DNA of 64,000 nucleotides from Chitinophagales bacterium (GTDB lineage Bacteria; Bacteroidota; Bacteroidia; Chitinophagales; JABDMM01): NCBI GenBank assembly GCA_013001465.1, contig JABDMM010000128.1, positions 257 to 64,256 of the forward strand, read 5' to 3'. Shown piece by piece: positions 37,152 to 45,802 of this stretch (position 1 is its first letter; each line of letters starts with the position of its first letter). The notes under the pieces were generated by a model. It saw only the letters and a program-made list of their open reading frames with translations, ran no database searches and was not told where the DNA came from. The position numbers and the translations under genes were made by a program.

Positions 37152-38942
37152 TTAATGTCCAGAAAGAACTAAACTTTTCTTAAATATCTGGTCATTAATT
37201 TTAATAATGCAGAAATACGTTCCTGCAGATAAATGACTACCATCAAATTGGAGAGTGTAGTTTCCATTTTGTTGGATAGAATTATCAAGTAAAGTGGTTA
37301 GCAAAGCTCCCTGAATGTTGTAGATACGAACATCAACTAAACTCTCATTATCGATGAAGTAGTTGATGTTTGTTGCGCTGGAGAATGGGTTAGGAGCGAT
37401 CGCGATACGTGCATCTTCATCTGACTCAAATGCAGATCCTTGCTTGTCTACAGCTATTGGGTCATCAGGTTCAGGTGTAAAAGTTGGAGTGCAACTTTCA
37501 CGATATGCTGTAAAAACAGATCCTGATCTCGCCCAGAATCCTTCACCTAAAGTAATTTCGTTACTTGCTCTGAAACTACCTTCAGACCCACTGAATAACT
37601 CAAAGTTGTTAACTGTTGAATTGTAAGAAATGGTAAGATTAGCAGCTCGGTGCACTGCTTCACCACTGAACCAATTATAATCACCAGAAAATAGCTCATT
37701 ATCTAAAACGATCTCAAAATCTAAAATGGTACCATCAGATAAGTTCAAACGATCTTCATTTCTATTATTAATGGTTCCTGCAGTGTAATTAGTACCACCG
37801 CAATTCCAGATCTGAGTGTTGTCTGAAAAGACATTATGTCTTGGACATCCTGAACCGCCACAAGCAGGTTGATATGCTAAAACGGTCCTGAAACAATTTG
37901 TCGTTGGTTCTCCCCATCCTGCATATGGCGCAGTTCCTGGTTGCGTTGGGTTAACAAGATCATGTGTACATAATGCATTGTGACCTAACTCATGATGGAA
38001 GGTATAAACTGAAAAATTATTAATACCTGTAACGCTGTGTTGGTTGCCATATGTAAGGCTAACCCATGCCAAACCACCTCCACCGGACATGATTACAGCT
38101 ACCTGATCTGCTCTCCATAATCCTCTGTTCAAATCTGCATCACTAAAAACCCCATTTCCATTGGTCACATCATTTAGAGTAGTACTCAGATCTACTTCAG
38201 TATAGAATACCTCATAGCACGCTGCCATCTCTATCCGCATGGATATGTTATTATTCTGATATCCTGTATTGGCGATGTTGAATTGATTATTAATATCTGC
38301 TAAAATATCTGCCAGTGCAGCGTCGGCATCATCTGTGAAGATGATCATGACTCGGATCAGACATTCACCGGTAGCACGTGAATCTTGATTATCGGTTTGA
38401 TAAACAAGATCCGGGTGATCGGTAATTAATGGTTTATCTTTTATGGTTGGCGGATCATGATGTTCTTTAGCAACACCGCAAAAGTCAGCCATAGCATCAT
38501 TTACATTTGCAACGAGATGAAGTCCTCCAGATAGAGGTCTTATTGCGAAGATCCATCCGTCGATAGTAACATGTCCGACAACTATATTTTCGGTTCTATT
38601 AACCACAAAATGAGCATAATCCGCCCATGAACCTGGAATCTTACCGATCCATGATTGGCGATTAGGGTCCATCATTCGATTTCTTTCTTCTTTCTCAAAA
38701 GTATAAGTATAGTTGTCTAATTCCAGAGTGATCGTGTTTTCGTTGAATGCATCCATATTTATCAATGCAAACTGAATATTTTCATGAACAGGATTACTGC
38801 TTTCACTATTGTAGTAATGAAGTTGAGCTTCATTCATAGCGGGTTGAGCAATGTACTCGATCACATTCATGCTTGCATATCCGGAAAATCCAAACAAGCA
38901 GATAAACACCGGAAGTAAAATGTATTTGTTTAACTTTTTCAT
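37152..38942 (-). CDS. Secreted reprolysin/metzincin-like Zn-metalloprotease with T9SS C-terminal sorting domain (module 1, 'B1')
   Basis: Signal peptide. Zinc motif 'HHELGHNALCTHD' (nt 37959-37997). C-terminus 'IAPNPFSSATNINYFI...GTYFCIIKINDQIFKKSLVL'. Full-length paralogue of 46493-48298. Confidence 0.75.
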   Translation of the reverse strand: MKKLNKYILLPVFICLFGFSGYASMNVIEYIAQPAMNEAQLHYYNSESSNPVHENIQFALINMDAFNENTITLELDNYTYTFEKEERNRMMDPNRQSWIGKIPGSWADYAHFVVNRTENIVVGHVTIDGWIFAIRPLSGGLHLVANVNDAMADFCGVAKEHHDPPTIKDKPLITDHPDLVYQTDNQDSRATGECLIRVMIIFTDDADAALADILADINNQFNIANTGYQNNNISMRIEMAACYEVFYTEVDLSTTLNDVTNGNGVFSDADLNRGLWRADQVAVIMSGGGGLAWVSLTYGNQHSVTGINNFSVYTFHHELGHNALCTHDLVNPTQPGTAPYAGWGEPTTNCFRTVLAYQPACGGSGCPRHNVFSDNTQIWNCGGTNYTAGTINNRNEDRLNLSDGTILDFEIVLDNELFSGDYNWFSGEAVHRAANLTISYNSTVNNFELFSGSEGSFRASNEITLGEGFWARSGSVFTAYRESCTPTFTPEPDDPIAVDKQGSAFESDEDARIAIAPNPFSSATNINYFIDNESLVDVRIYNIQGALLTTLLDNSIQQNGNYTLQFDGSHLSAGTYFCIIKINDQIFKKSLVLSGH

Positions 38943-38985
38943 AATGCTTTCATTTTAAATGTTAAATAATTTAATTCAAAAAGCA

Positions 38986-40545
38986 TTACTTAGAAGTAGT
39001 ATTCTCGAGTTGCTCCTTGAGCGCGTCGATCTCTTTTTGTTGTTGAATAGTGTAAAGAGTTAACTCCTCAATTTTCTCCATCATTTTAGTGGTCATTTCC
39101 CCAACATGGAATCCTTCCGCATCAACTATTTCAGCCTTAGGTATACCCGGAAGGTGATTATTCTCTTCAATATTTTTTTCAAGCTCATCCAGAGGCATTA
39201 ATTCGTACTTCTCGTCGAATACATAATCAGGCCAGTCGACAGAATTCTGAACTTTCAACTCTTCGCAGATCACTTTTCCGTTGACGGAAACTATATATCC
39301 AGCTGCTGGTATTGTGGTTCCTACCACGAGACCTCCCGATGAACTGCTGATATAAGTCTTGCCAACAAAGTATCCTGCATAGGATGATGTAGAACCACCT
39401 GTAACACTTGAATAAACGCCATATCGGGGTCCAGTTGTAGCTAAGGAAGAGATAAAGTTATATACACCATAATGGCTACTGGCAGATGTTGTTCCATCTC
39501 CTGTCATTGAATTCACAACTCCATATCTCGTCCCCGTGCTGGTAGTGCTGGAAAAGTGGGCTAAGCCATAAGCAGTAGATGTACCTGTATAATCATTATC
39601 TATTTGTATTCCGTATGTGGTTCCAACAGTTGAATTGTTCATGTCTATATTCACTCCAATAGGTTTCCCATCTGTTTCGATGTCTAATTTATTGAGCCCT
39701 GCAGTGGTCCCAAGACCAATGGCATCTGCAACATAAACCGGAGCACCAAGAAAGTAACCACTATAATGACTTCCTGTTCCTGTTGTGTTTACATTCGAGT
39801 ATACTCCATATCGACTACCACTAGAAGCAGCATCTCCAAACAGAGTAGAATAAAGACCATATTTTGATCCACTTCCCTGGCCATCTACAGAAGTATAAAA
39901 TCCATACATTGAAGAATTATTGGTATTAACTCCGAAATTATCCATGTCCATAAAGCATCCATAGTGTGTCCCCACACCAGTTCCAGCAGAAGCATCTATA
40001 TCTCCATAAACTCCAAAGCTGGTGCCCTCATTATCACTATCTATTCTAATTCCAGTATTCCCAGTCTCAGTAGAAGGCACACTTATCCAAAGTTTGTAAG
40101 CATCGGAATTTGAAGATGTACCAATAGCTGTATTCCCTTTGATAGCATCCATTGCTACCACGGGAGTAGCATCCTGGTTTCTGAACTCATATTGCTCACC
40201 GGTAGCGTTGAAGAAGAGTCCAAAATCATTGTCGGCTGTATATTGGAATGCATATTTATTACCGGCAACCTGTAATGCTCCACCACCGGGAATCGAAAGA
40301 TCTCCATTTGCAGCAGAAACCTGAACCATTGTGGACAAGCCTCCTGCACCTCCTGTAAATTCATAGGATGAAGTCCCTGTATTAAAACGCAGACCAAAAT
40401 CGGTATCTAATTCCCATGTAAATGCATACCCGTTTGAAGGAACACAAACAGGTGGGTTTGGTGCACATACTTGAGCAACAACGATTCCACTAATCATAGT
40501 GCATATAGCCACCAGGATCAGCGATTTTAAATAATTAAGTTTCAT
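38986..40545 (-). CDS. Secreted fibre-like repeat protein with a conserved 'WPDYVF...HLPGIP...EELTLY' coiled-coil C-terminal module (module 1, 'A1')
   Basis: Signal peptide. Two N-terminal 'YAFxY...DFGLxFN...YEF' repeats. About 12 degenerate 'xxYG(V/L)Y' repeats. The C-terminal roughly 95 aa are shared with 48309-49730. Confidence 0.65.
   Translation of the reverse strand: MKLNYLKSLILVAICTMISGIVVAQVCAPNPPVCVPSNGYAFTWELDTDFGLRFNTGTSSYEFTGGAGGLSTMVQVSAANGDLSIPGGGALQVAGNKYAFQYTADNDFGLFFNATGEQYEFRNQDATPVVAMDAIKGNTAIGTSSNSDAYKLWISVPSTETGNTGIRIDSDNEGTSFGVYGDIDASAGTGVGTHYGCFMDMDNFGVNTNNSSMYGFYTSVDGQGSGSKYGLYSTLFGDAASSGSRYGVYSNVNTTGTGSHYSGYFLGAPVYVADAIGLGTTAGLNKLDIETDGKPIGVNIDMNNSTVGTTYGIQIDNDYTGTSTAYGLAHFSSTTSTGTRYGVVNSMTGDGTTSASSHYGVYNFISSLATTGPRYGVYSSVTGGSTSSYAGYFVGKTYISSSSGGLVVGTTIPAAGYIVSVNGKVICEELKVQNSVDWPDYVFDEKYELMPLDELEKNIEENNHLPGIPKAEIVDAEGFHVGEMTTKMMEKIEELTLYTIQQQKEIDALKEQLENTTSK
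39361..40056 (-). repeat. Degenerate tandem coding repeats (YGVY-type) inside A1
   Basis: Repeat units include SFGVYGDIDA, THYGCFMDMD, SMYGFYTSVDG, SKYGLYSTLFG, SRYGVYSNVNT, SHYSGYFLG, TTYGIQIDND, TAYGLAHFSS, TRYGVVNSMTG, SHYGVYNFISS, PRYGVYSSVTG and SSYAGYFVG. Confidence 0.7.
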
Positions 40546-40722
40546 AGAATTGGATTTAGTTTAAGAAAATTTCCAGTCTCTACGAACTTAAGCTATTTAC
40601 ATAGCTATTTTATACTATATTTAGTTAACGCTAGTGATACTTGTGTAAAAGGACACTTTGGGTGAGTAAACGTAATTTAAACAAATGAACAGGATGCTGG
40701 AATAATTATAATCCTTTGTTTG

Positions 40723-41469
40723 TCAGTCGTCCAGTCTAGGAAATTTCATATTCAGTGACCTCATCAACTCTACTACTTTTTTAGCAAACAGGTATTCTTT
40801 ATACCAATTCTTGTCTGCAGGAAGTATTGTCCAAGGAATTTCCGGGCTACAGTAATGAAATATATCTTCATATGCTTTCATATAATCGTCCCAGTGTTCT
40901 CGCTCTTCCATATCGCTCGGATTGTACTTCCAGTTCTTTTTTGGATTGATCAACCTTTCCTTTAAACGTACTAACTGTTCTGCATGGGATACATGTAAAT
41001 AAAACTTTAGGACGTGCGTCCCATTTGCCTGAAGCAGCTTTTCAAAATTATTGATATGTACATATCTTTCTTTCACTGTATCCATATCGATCCACTCATG
41101 CACCCTCTGAATAAGAACATCCTCATAATGAGATCGATTAAAGATCTGGATCATTCCTTTTTCCGGTGCGTGTTTGTGGATCCTCCATAGAAAATCATGA
41201 GCCATTTCTTCATCGGTTGGCTTTTTAAATGGCTGCGCTTTCACTCCAAGAGGATTCACAGACTTGAATACATCTCTGATCAATCCATCTTTTCCGGCAG
41301 CATCAATTCCTTGAAGAATGATCAACAAGCTGTGCTTGGATTGAGCATACATCAAGTGCTGCAAATCATCCAGTTCATGACAGAGGTCTTTAAATTCTTT
41401 TTTCAATCTTGATTTTTCGACATTCGGGGGTGGAGTACTACTGATCTCGCTAAGTTTTATCCTACTCAT
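40723..41469 (-). CDS. ppk2: Polyphosphate kinase 2 family protein (single-domain PPK2)
   Basis: Walker A-like 'LQGIDAAGKDG', then 'FNRSHYEDV' and 'FYLHVSHAEQLVRLKERL'. I chose the start at Met 41469, which overlaps the upstream gene by 8 nt; the longer ORF runs to 41505. Confidence 0.8.
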   Translation of the reverse strand: MSRIKLSEISSTPPPNVEKSRLKKEFKDLCHELDDLQHLMYAQSKHSLLIILQGIDAAGKDGLIRDVFKSVNPLGVKAQPFKKPTDEEMAHDFLWRIHKHAPEKGMIQIFNRSHYEDVLIQRVHEWIDMDTVKERYVHINNFEKLLQANGTHVLKFYLHVSHAEQLVRLKERLINPKKNWKYNPSDMEEREHWDDYMKAYEDIFHYCSPEIPWTILPADKNWYKEYLFAKKVVELMRSLNMKFPRLDD

Positions 41470-42691
41470 TGGGTTCTTTTTGAATTGCGTTGTTGTTTTT
41501 TTCATCTGCAGAGTTTTCAGGAATTTTGTCTTGAGTATCCTCAGCTGATACTATTGGGTCTTCTTTATTTCCTTCCTGTTTCTTTCCTGGTTCTTTTTTC
41601 TCTTTTGTCTTTTTTGCACCATCCTCTTTCTTTTTTATCTCTTTTGAATTTTCTTTTCCCGCATTAGCATTATCCCGCTCAGGATTTCGCTTTTTCAATT
41701 TTTCATATGTATTGATGATATCAGCGAGTTTCTCTTCTTTTGACCGGATCTTATCCTGAATGAGGTTGATCTTTGCCTGACGTAGTTGCGCTTCCAATTG
41801 TGATGTCCCAGGATGATCTGCTCTACGGTTTTGGTAATCCAGATCTTTTCTGTCTCTATCAAGCGACCTCTCCATTTTGGCCAACACTTCTTCTAGCCCT
41901 TGCAATCTCCTTTGTACTTTTTCAGCACCATATGATTTTCGCTTAGAGGATAACTCTTCAAAGATCTTACTCACAGTATCAAAAAGATTTTGCTTATGTG
42001 CTTTTCGCATTCGCTCTTTTCGTATATCTGCCTGGATCAGTTTAAGCTTTTCAAACAGATCCCTGTAATTAGCATTATCTGCTTTAACCAATGCCTGGAT
42101 CTTGGCGATCTGCTCATCAAACTTATCTTTGATCTTTATCGACTCCTGATCCTGATGCTTGATATGCTCTTTTCGCAGCTCTTTCAGTTTATCGAAGACC
42201 GCATTCAGGTCACCTTTAATCGTATCAAGTTTTTCCTGACTAATATTTCTATCTCTTTTCTGTGCTAATAATCTTTCCCAAAGTGATTTGCTTTGATCAA
42301 AAATGTCGGCACTATAATCCTTTAATTCGTCAGCCTTGGATTTAAGTTGTTCCAACTCATCGAGAAACGACTGCCATAGCTTATTGCTTAAAACATGATA
42401 AGCCCATTCGTTTTGCATTCTCCTTAGCTTACCTGTTTCTTTTATCAATATATCTTCTGGGAGTATAGAGTCTTCTGAGAGCGATCTCTCGATAACCTGA
42501 GCTGCATCCGGCAGATCGACCTCTTTACCGGAACCCCAGTCCTCTATAATAGTAGTTTCATGCTCTTTTTCTAAAGACTTTTTAGGGTAAACATAAAGTC
42601 TTGCTAAGAGCTTATCCTGATCGAAGAGTACGGCGAGAAGTAATCCTTCACTATTCTGGTTCTCGCCCCAAGTAGTAAACCTGTCCTGCAT
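41462..42691 (-). CDS. Hypothetical coiled-coil protein with a Lys/Glu-rich C-terminal tail
   Basis: 409 aa with long heptad-like K/E/L/Q-rich segments. The tail reads 'KKKEDGAKKTKEKKEPGKKQEGNKED'. No enzymatic motif was seen. Confidence 0.5.
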   Translation of the reverse strand: MQDRFTTWGENQNSEGLLLAVLFDQDKLLARLYVYPKKSLEKEHETTIIEDWGSGKEVDLPDAAQVIERSLSEDSILPEDILIKETGKLRRMQNEWAYHVLSNKLWQSFLDELEQLKSKADELKDYSADIFDQSKSLWERLLAQKRDRNISQEKLDTIKGDLNAVFDKLKELRKEHIKHQDQESIKIKDKFDEQIAKIQALVKADNANYRDLFEKLKLIQADIRKERMRKAHKQNLFDTVSKIFEELSSKRKSYGAEKVQRRLQGLEEVLAKMERSLDRDRKDLDYQNRRADHPGTSQLEAQLRQAKINLIQDKIRSKEEKLADIINTYEKLKKRNPERDNANAGKENSKEIKKKEDGAKKTKEKKEPGKKQEGNKEDPIVSAEDTQDKIPENSADEKNNNAIQKEPNE

Positions 42692-42782
42692 TTTCCTTTT
42701 TAATATTAGTTCTTTAGGCTGTCACTCTAAAGTATAGAAAAAAGTCATAAAGGAAGAAAGATCGGAGCATAAAGTCTGCAGA

Positions 42783-43412
42783 CTAGGAAGATGTTTCACG
42801 GATCATAGAGATAAACTCGCTCAACATCATTGCTGTCGCTCCCCATATAATGTTTCCCTTATGTATATAAGCAGGCACCTTAAGGTAAGAATTATCGGAA
42901 ATTCTAATTTTAGATTCTATGGCTTCTTTGTGAATGATATCGGATAATGACAGTTGCAGAACAGAAGCAACTTCATACTCATCAGGCAAAAACTCCGGAG
43001 TATTGAGCGAGTATCCTAAATAAGGGGTTACAAGGAAGTTACTTGGGCTGATATACAAATCACTAAGTTCACCTATGATCTCAATCTTCTTTCGATCAAC
43101 TGAAAGCTCTTCTTCGGTTTCCCTCAATGCGGTATCTCGAAGGTTATTATCAGAGTCCTCAATTTCTCCTCCGGGAAAGCTAATTTGTCCGCCGTGAACA
43201 CCTTCATATTCATGTCGTTTTGTGAAAACCATGTGTGCTTCACCTTCCAGAGGATATACCAATAATAAAACTGCTGCTAATCTGGGTTGTAACTTTTTAA
43301 AATCAAGATCGGCAATTCCGGATCTGTCGGCAGGTGCCATTTTGTATTGTGCCGCCTCTCCATGTAATCCGTTTGAATATGCTGATCTGATTATTTCCAG
43401 CGTTTTCTTCAA
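42783..43412 (-). CDS. NUDIX hydrolase, CoA pyrophosphatase-like
   Basis: 'VFTKRHEYEGVHGGQISFPGGEIEDSDNNLRDTALRETEEELSV' is a Nudix box preceded by the CoA-type upstream motif. Confidence 0.7.
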   Translation of the reverse strand: MKKTLEIIRSAYSNGLHGEAAQYKMAPADRSGIADLDFKKLQPRLAAVLLLVYPLEGEAHMVFTKRHEYEGVHGGQISFPGGEIEDSDNNLRDTALRETEEELSVDRKKIEIIGELSDLYISPSNFLVTPYLGYSLNTPEFLPDEYEVASVLQLSLSDIIHKEAIESKIRISDNSYLKVPAYIHKGNIIWGATAMMLSEFISMIRETSS

Positions 43413-44092
43413 TCTTTTGGTTTTGTTGTTGGTTGGCTAAATGGATGTTTGAGATACCATCCTTCATGCTTTGAAGATTCACCTTCTTCAAAAAGATGTC
43501 CATAGTACTTGCGAAGTTCACTAACGAAGAGATCATATGGCAGGTCTGCAAACGTTCCATAATCGTGTAAATATTCCATGTATTTACTTCCATCTTTATC
43601 AAACTGATGAAAAATCGAGTCATCTTTACCGTTAAAGCCTAAAACGTCAACTCCATATTTTTCGCACAATCCAATATTAAATGCAGGGGTGCATTTTATC
43701 CATCTGTTATCCAGCAAAAACTCATTGTAACCATGAAATACAAAACGATCGGTTTTTAGGACGTTGAGGAAACGTTCTGAAGCCAGATGGTTTTTAACAA
43801 TAGCGAATCCGAGTCTAACAGGCAATCCGGCTGCTCTGCCAACGGCTGTTAGTGTTATAGCCTTTTCAACACAATATCCCGATCCTCTTTTGAGAACGAT
43901 ACTGGCTTTGATATTGTCAGGATAAAGATCAATGCGGTAAGGATCATACCAAATTGTATCTCTTACCGCTTCATATATGGCAACTGCCTTTTCTCTTTCT
44001 TCCGAAATGTTCTTTACTGTCTTTTCAGCAAAAGAAATAACATCCGGATGATCTGAATCGATAAAGCGTGTTGCCTCCAGGTATTTTTCCAA
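43409..44092 (-). CDS. Transglutaminase-like cysteine peptidase-fold protein
   Basis: 'GSGYCVEKAITLTAVGRAAGLPVR' has the Cys core typical of the transglutaminase-like superfamily. It overlaps the Nudix gene by 4 nt. Confidence 0.6.
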   Translation of the reverse strand: MEKYLEATRFIDSDHPDVISFAEKTVKNISEEREKAVAIYEAVRDTIWYDPYRIDLYPDNIKASIVLKRGSGYCVEKAITLTAVGRAAGLPVRLGFAIVKNHLASERFLNVLKTDRFVFHGYNEFLLDNRWIKCTPAFNIGLCEKYGVDVLGFNGKDDSIFHQFDKDGSKYMEYLHDYGTFADLPYDLFVSELRKYYGHLFEEGESSKHEGWYLKHPFSQPTTKPKD

Positions 44093-44106
44093 AATGTTAA
44101 GATAGA

Positions 44107-44469
44107 TTAACTTAGTTTGTAGATATCCGTTGGATTATCACAGATTATTGCCTTATTTCCTTTAATAACAATAGGAGCCCGAATCAGTTCGGGATGCTTG
44201 ACTAAAACTTTTAGCCAGCTTTCGGAGTCGAAATCCCTTCCCTTGATATGTTCCTTGTAGTATGGGTGTGCTTTATTAAGCAATTCTTTGGGGTGTTTGC
44301 CAAGAATTTTTAAAAACATCTTCCACATTGTAGTTGTATAATTGGCTTTGCTGAACTCAAGATCCTTGACATGATCACTCATCGAATGAGCATAAGCAAG
44401 CGTTTTTTTTCCGACACTACTGCCTTTATCATACAAAACTAATATCTCATTTGTATGTAACTTAAACAT
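44107..44469 (-). CDS. ArsC/Spx/YffB-family thioredoxin-fold protein lacking the N-terminal redox Cys
   Basis: The length and the 'LLNKAHPYYKE...ELIRAPIVIKGNKAII' pattern fit the ArsC family. The usual N-terminal Cys position reads 'GSSVGKK'. Confidence 0.45.
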   Translation of the reverse strand: MFKLHTNEILVLYDKGSSVGKKTLAYAHSMSDHVKDLEFSKANYTTTMWKMFLKILGKHPKELLNKAHPYYKEHIKGRDFDSESWLKVLVKHPELIRAPIVIKGNKAIICDNPTDIYKLS

Positions 44470-44542
44470 AAGAACCAGGTTTTGGATTAATTAATTGAGC
44501 TTTATGAATATATGAAAATTTAGCCATAATTTATAATCGGAT

Positions 44543-44998
44543 ATGGACAAACATGATTTCAATTTAGAACTTAAATCCTACAAATTCAAGCAGAAGATTG
44601 CTATGCGTTGGGGTGACCAGGATGAATTACAACATATTAACAATGCGGTTTATCTTACTTATATGGAGGAGTATCGCATCCGTTACCTTATGAATGCGAT
44701 ACATTGGTCATGGGAAAATGATAAACTTATCCTTGCACGAGTGACCCTTGATTTTATAAACCAACTCAATTATCATGATGACAATTACATTTATATTCGC
44801 TGTAGTTATCTTGGTAACAAAAGCTTCACTCTTGACTATATTATAACAGATGAAAAATCTGACATCGTTATCATATCAAAAGGAACGACAGTCATGGTGA
44901 CATTTGATTATGACTCCAACAGATCGATCCCGATCAGAGAAGATCTCAAACAACGCTTCATCGATTACGAACCTATCTCGCCATTTATTAAGCAATAA
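44543..44998 (+). CDS. Hotdog-fold acyl-CoA thioesterase (4HBT/YbgC-like)
   Basis: 'RWGDQDELQHINNAVYLTYMEE' is the typical thioesterase N-terminal block. Confidence 0.7.
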   Translation: MDKHDFNLELKSYKFKQKIAMRWGDQDELQHINNAVYLTYMEEYRIRYLMNAIHWSWENDKLILARVTLDFINQLNYHDDNYIYIRCSYLGNKSFTLDYIITDEKSDIVIISKGTTVMVTFDYDSNRSIPIREDLKQRFIDYEPISPFIKQ

Positions 44999-45097
44999 TT
45001 TGCTTTTCCCATTATTTCTATTCATATTACTTGTAACAATAATATTAAATATTCGTAATATATGAACAAGCAACATTGATAATGTAATTCACGGTAA

Positions 45098-45742
45098 ATG
45101 AAAAAATTTCTACATGTTATTCTATTTATAGTCTCTCTGGTTTTCTTACTTTTCTCAACAGAAGTTAATGCGCAGGAGAAGACATTTATTGCAAATGAAG
45201 ATGTTAGTTTTACAATTGCTCTTCAGAATATGAAATTGGCGGGTAAAATGTCAATAGAAGGAGGTCATTTTAGTTTAGAGAATGATTTCATCACAGGGGG
45301 AATCATAGAATTTGATTTCAGATCACTTTCTATAGTAAATGCCAGATCTGCTTATCAAAAATATTGGATCGAAAGGACAGTCAAGTCGACTCCATTTCTT
45401 GATACCCGTGCGTATTCAACAGCTACCCTTACTTTTAAAGAAATAAAACCAACCTTTAGCATATCCGGAAATGCCTATATAGTGGCTGATTTTACTATGA
45501 AGGGAATTACTAAAGAGATTGAATTTGAAGCTAATTTTCTTTATGTGGATGGACATGCTCTCGGAGCAGGAAGGCTGAACATAAACCTTGCTGATTATAA
45601 TATCCATTCTCCAAATCTAAACGAAAGTGACAATATCGTTTCTTTTGTTTTTAGAATATCGAGCGAGGTAAACACAGATGCAGATTTATTTAATCAAGAC
45701 GAAGATATTGATCTGGATACTGCTTTAGATAATGGAGGTTAA
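45098..45742 (+). CDS. YceI-like domain protein with signal peptide
   Basis: 'ADFTMKGITKEIEFEANF' and a beta-rich pattern. The C-terminal tail is acidic. Confidence 0.5.
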   Translation: MKKFLHVILFIVSLVFLLFSTEVNAQEKTFIANEDVSFTIALQNMKLAGKMSIEGGHFSLENDFITGGIIEFDFRSLSIVNARSAYQKYWIERTVKSTPFLDTRAYSTATLTFKEIKPTFSISGNAYIVADFTMKGITKEIEFEANFLYVDGHALGAGRLNINLADYNIHSPNLNESDNIVSFVFRISSEVNTDADLFNQDEDIDLDTALDNGG

Positions 45743-45770
45743 TCACCGACACAAACAATAGAACTATCAT

Positions 45771-45802
45771 AAGCCTCTCGAGTTATTTCGAGAGGCTTTT
45801 TT
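45771..45802 (+). terminator. Rho-independent terminator after 45098-45742
   Basis: Stem aagcctctcga pairs with tcgagaggctt (6-nt loop), followed by TTTT. Confidence 0.8.

Noticed and set aside
43303-43623. 106-aa ORF spanning the Nudix/transglutaminase-like junction
   Set aside because: It is out of frame with both well-supported genes, which already overlap by 4 nt.
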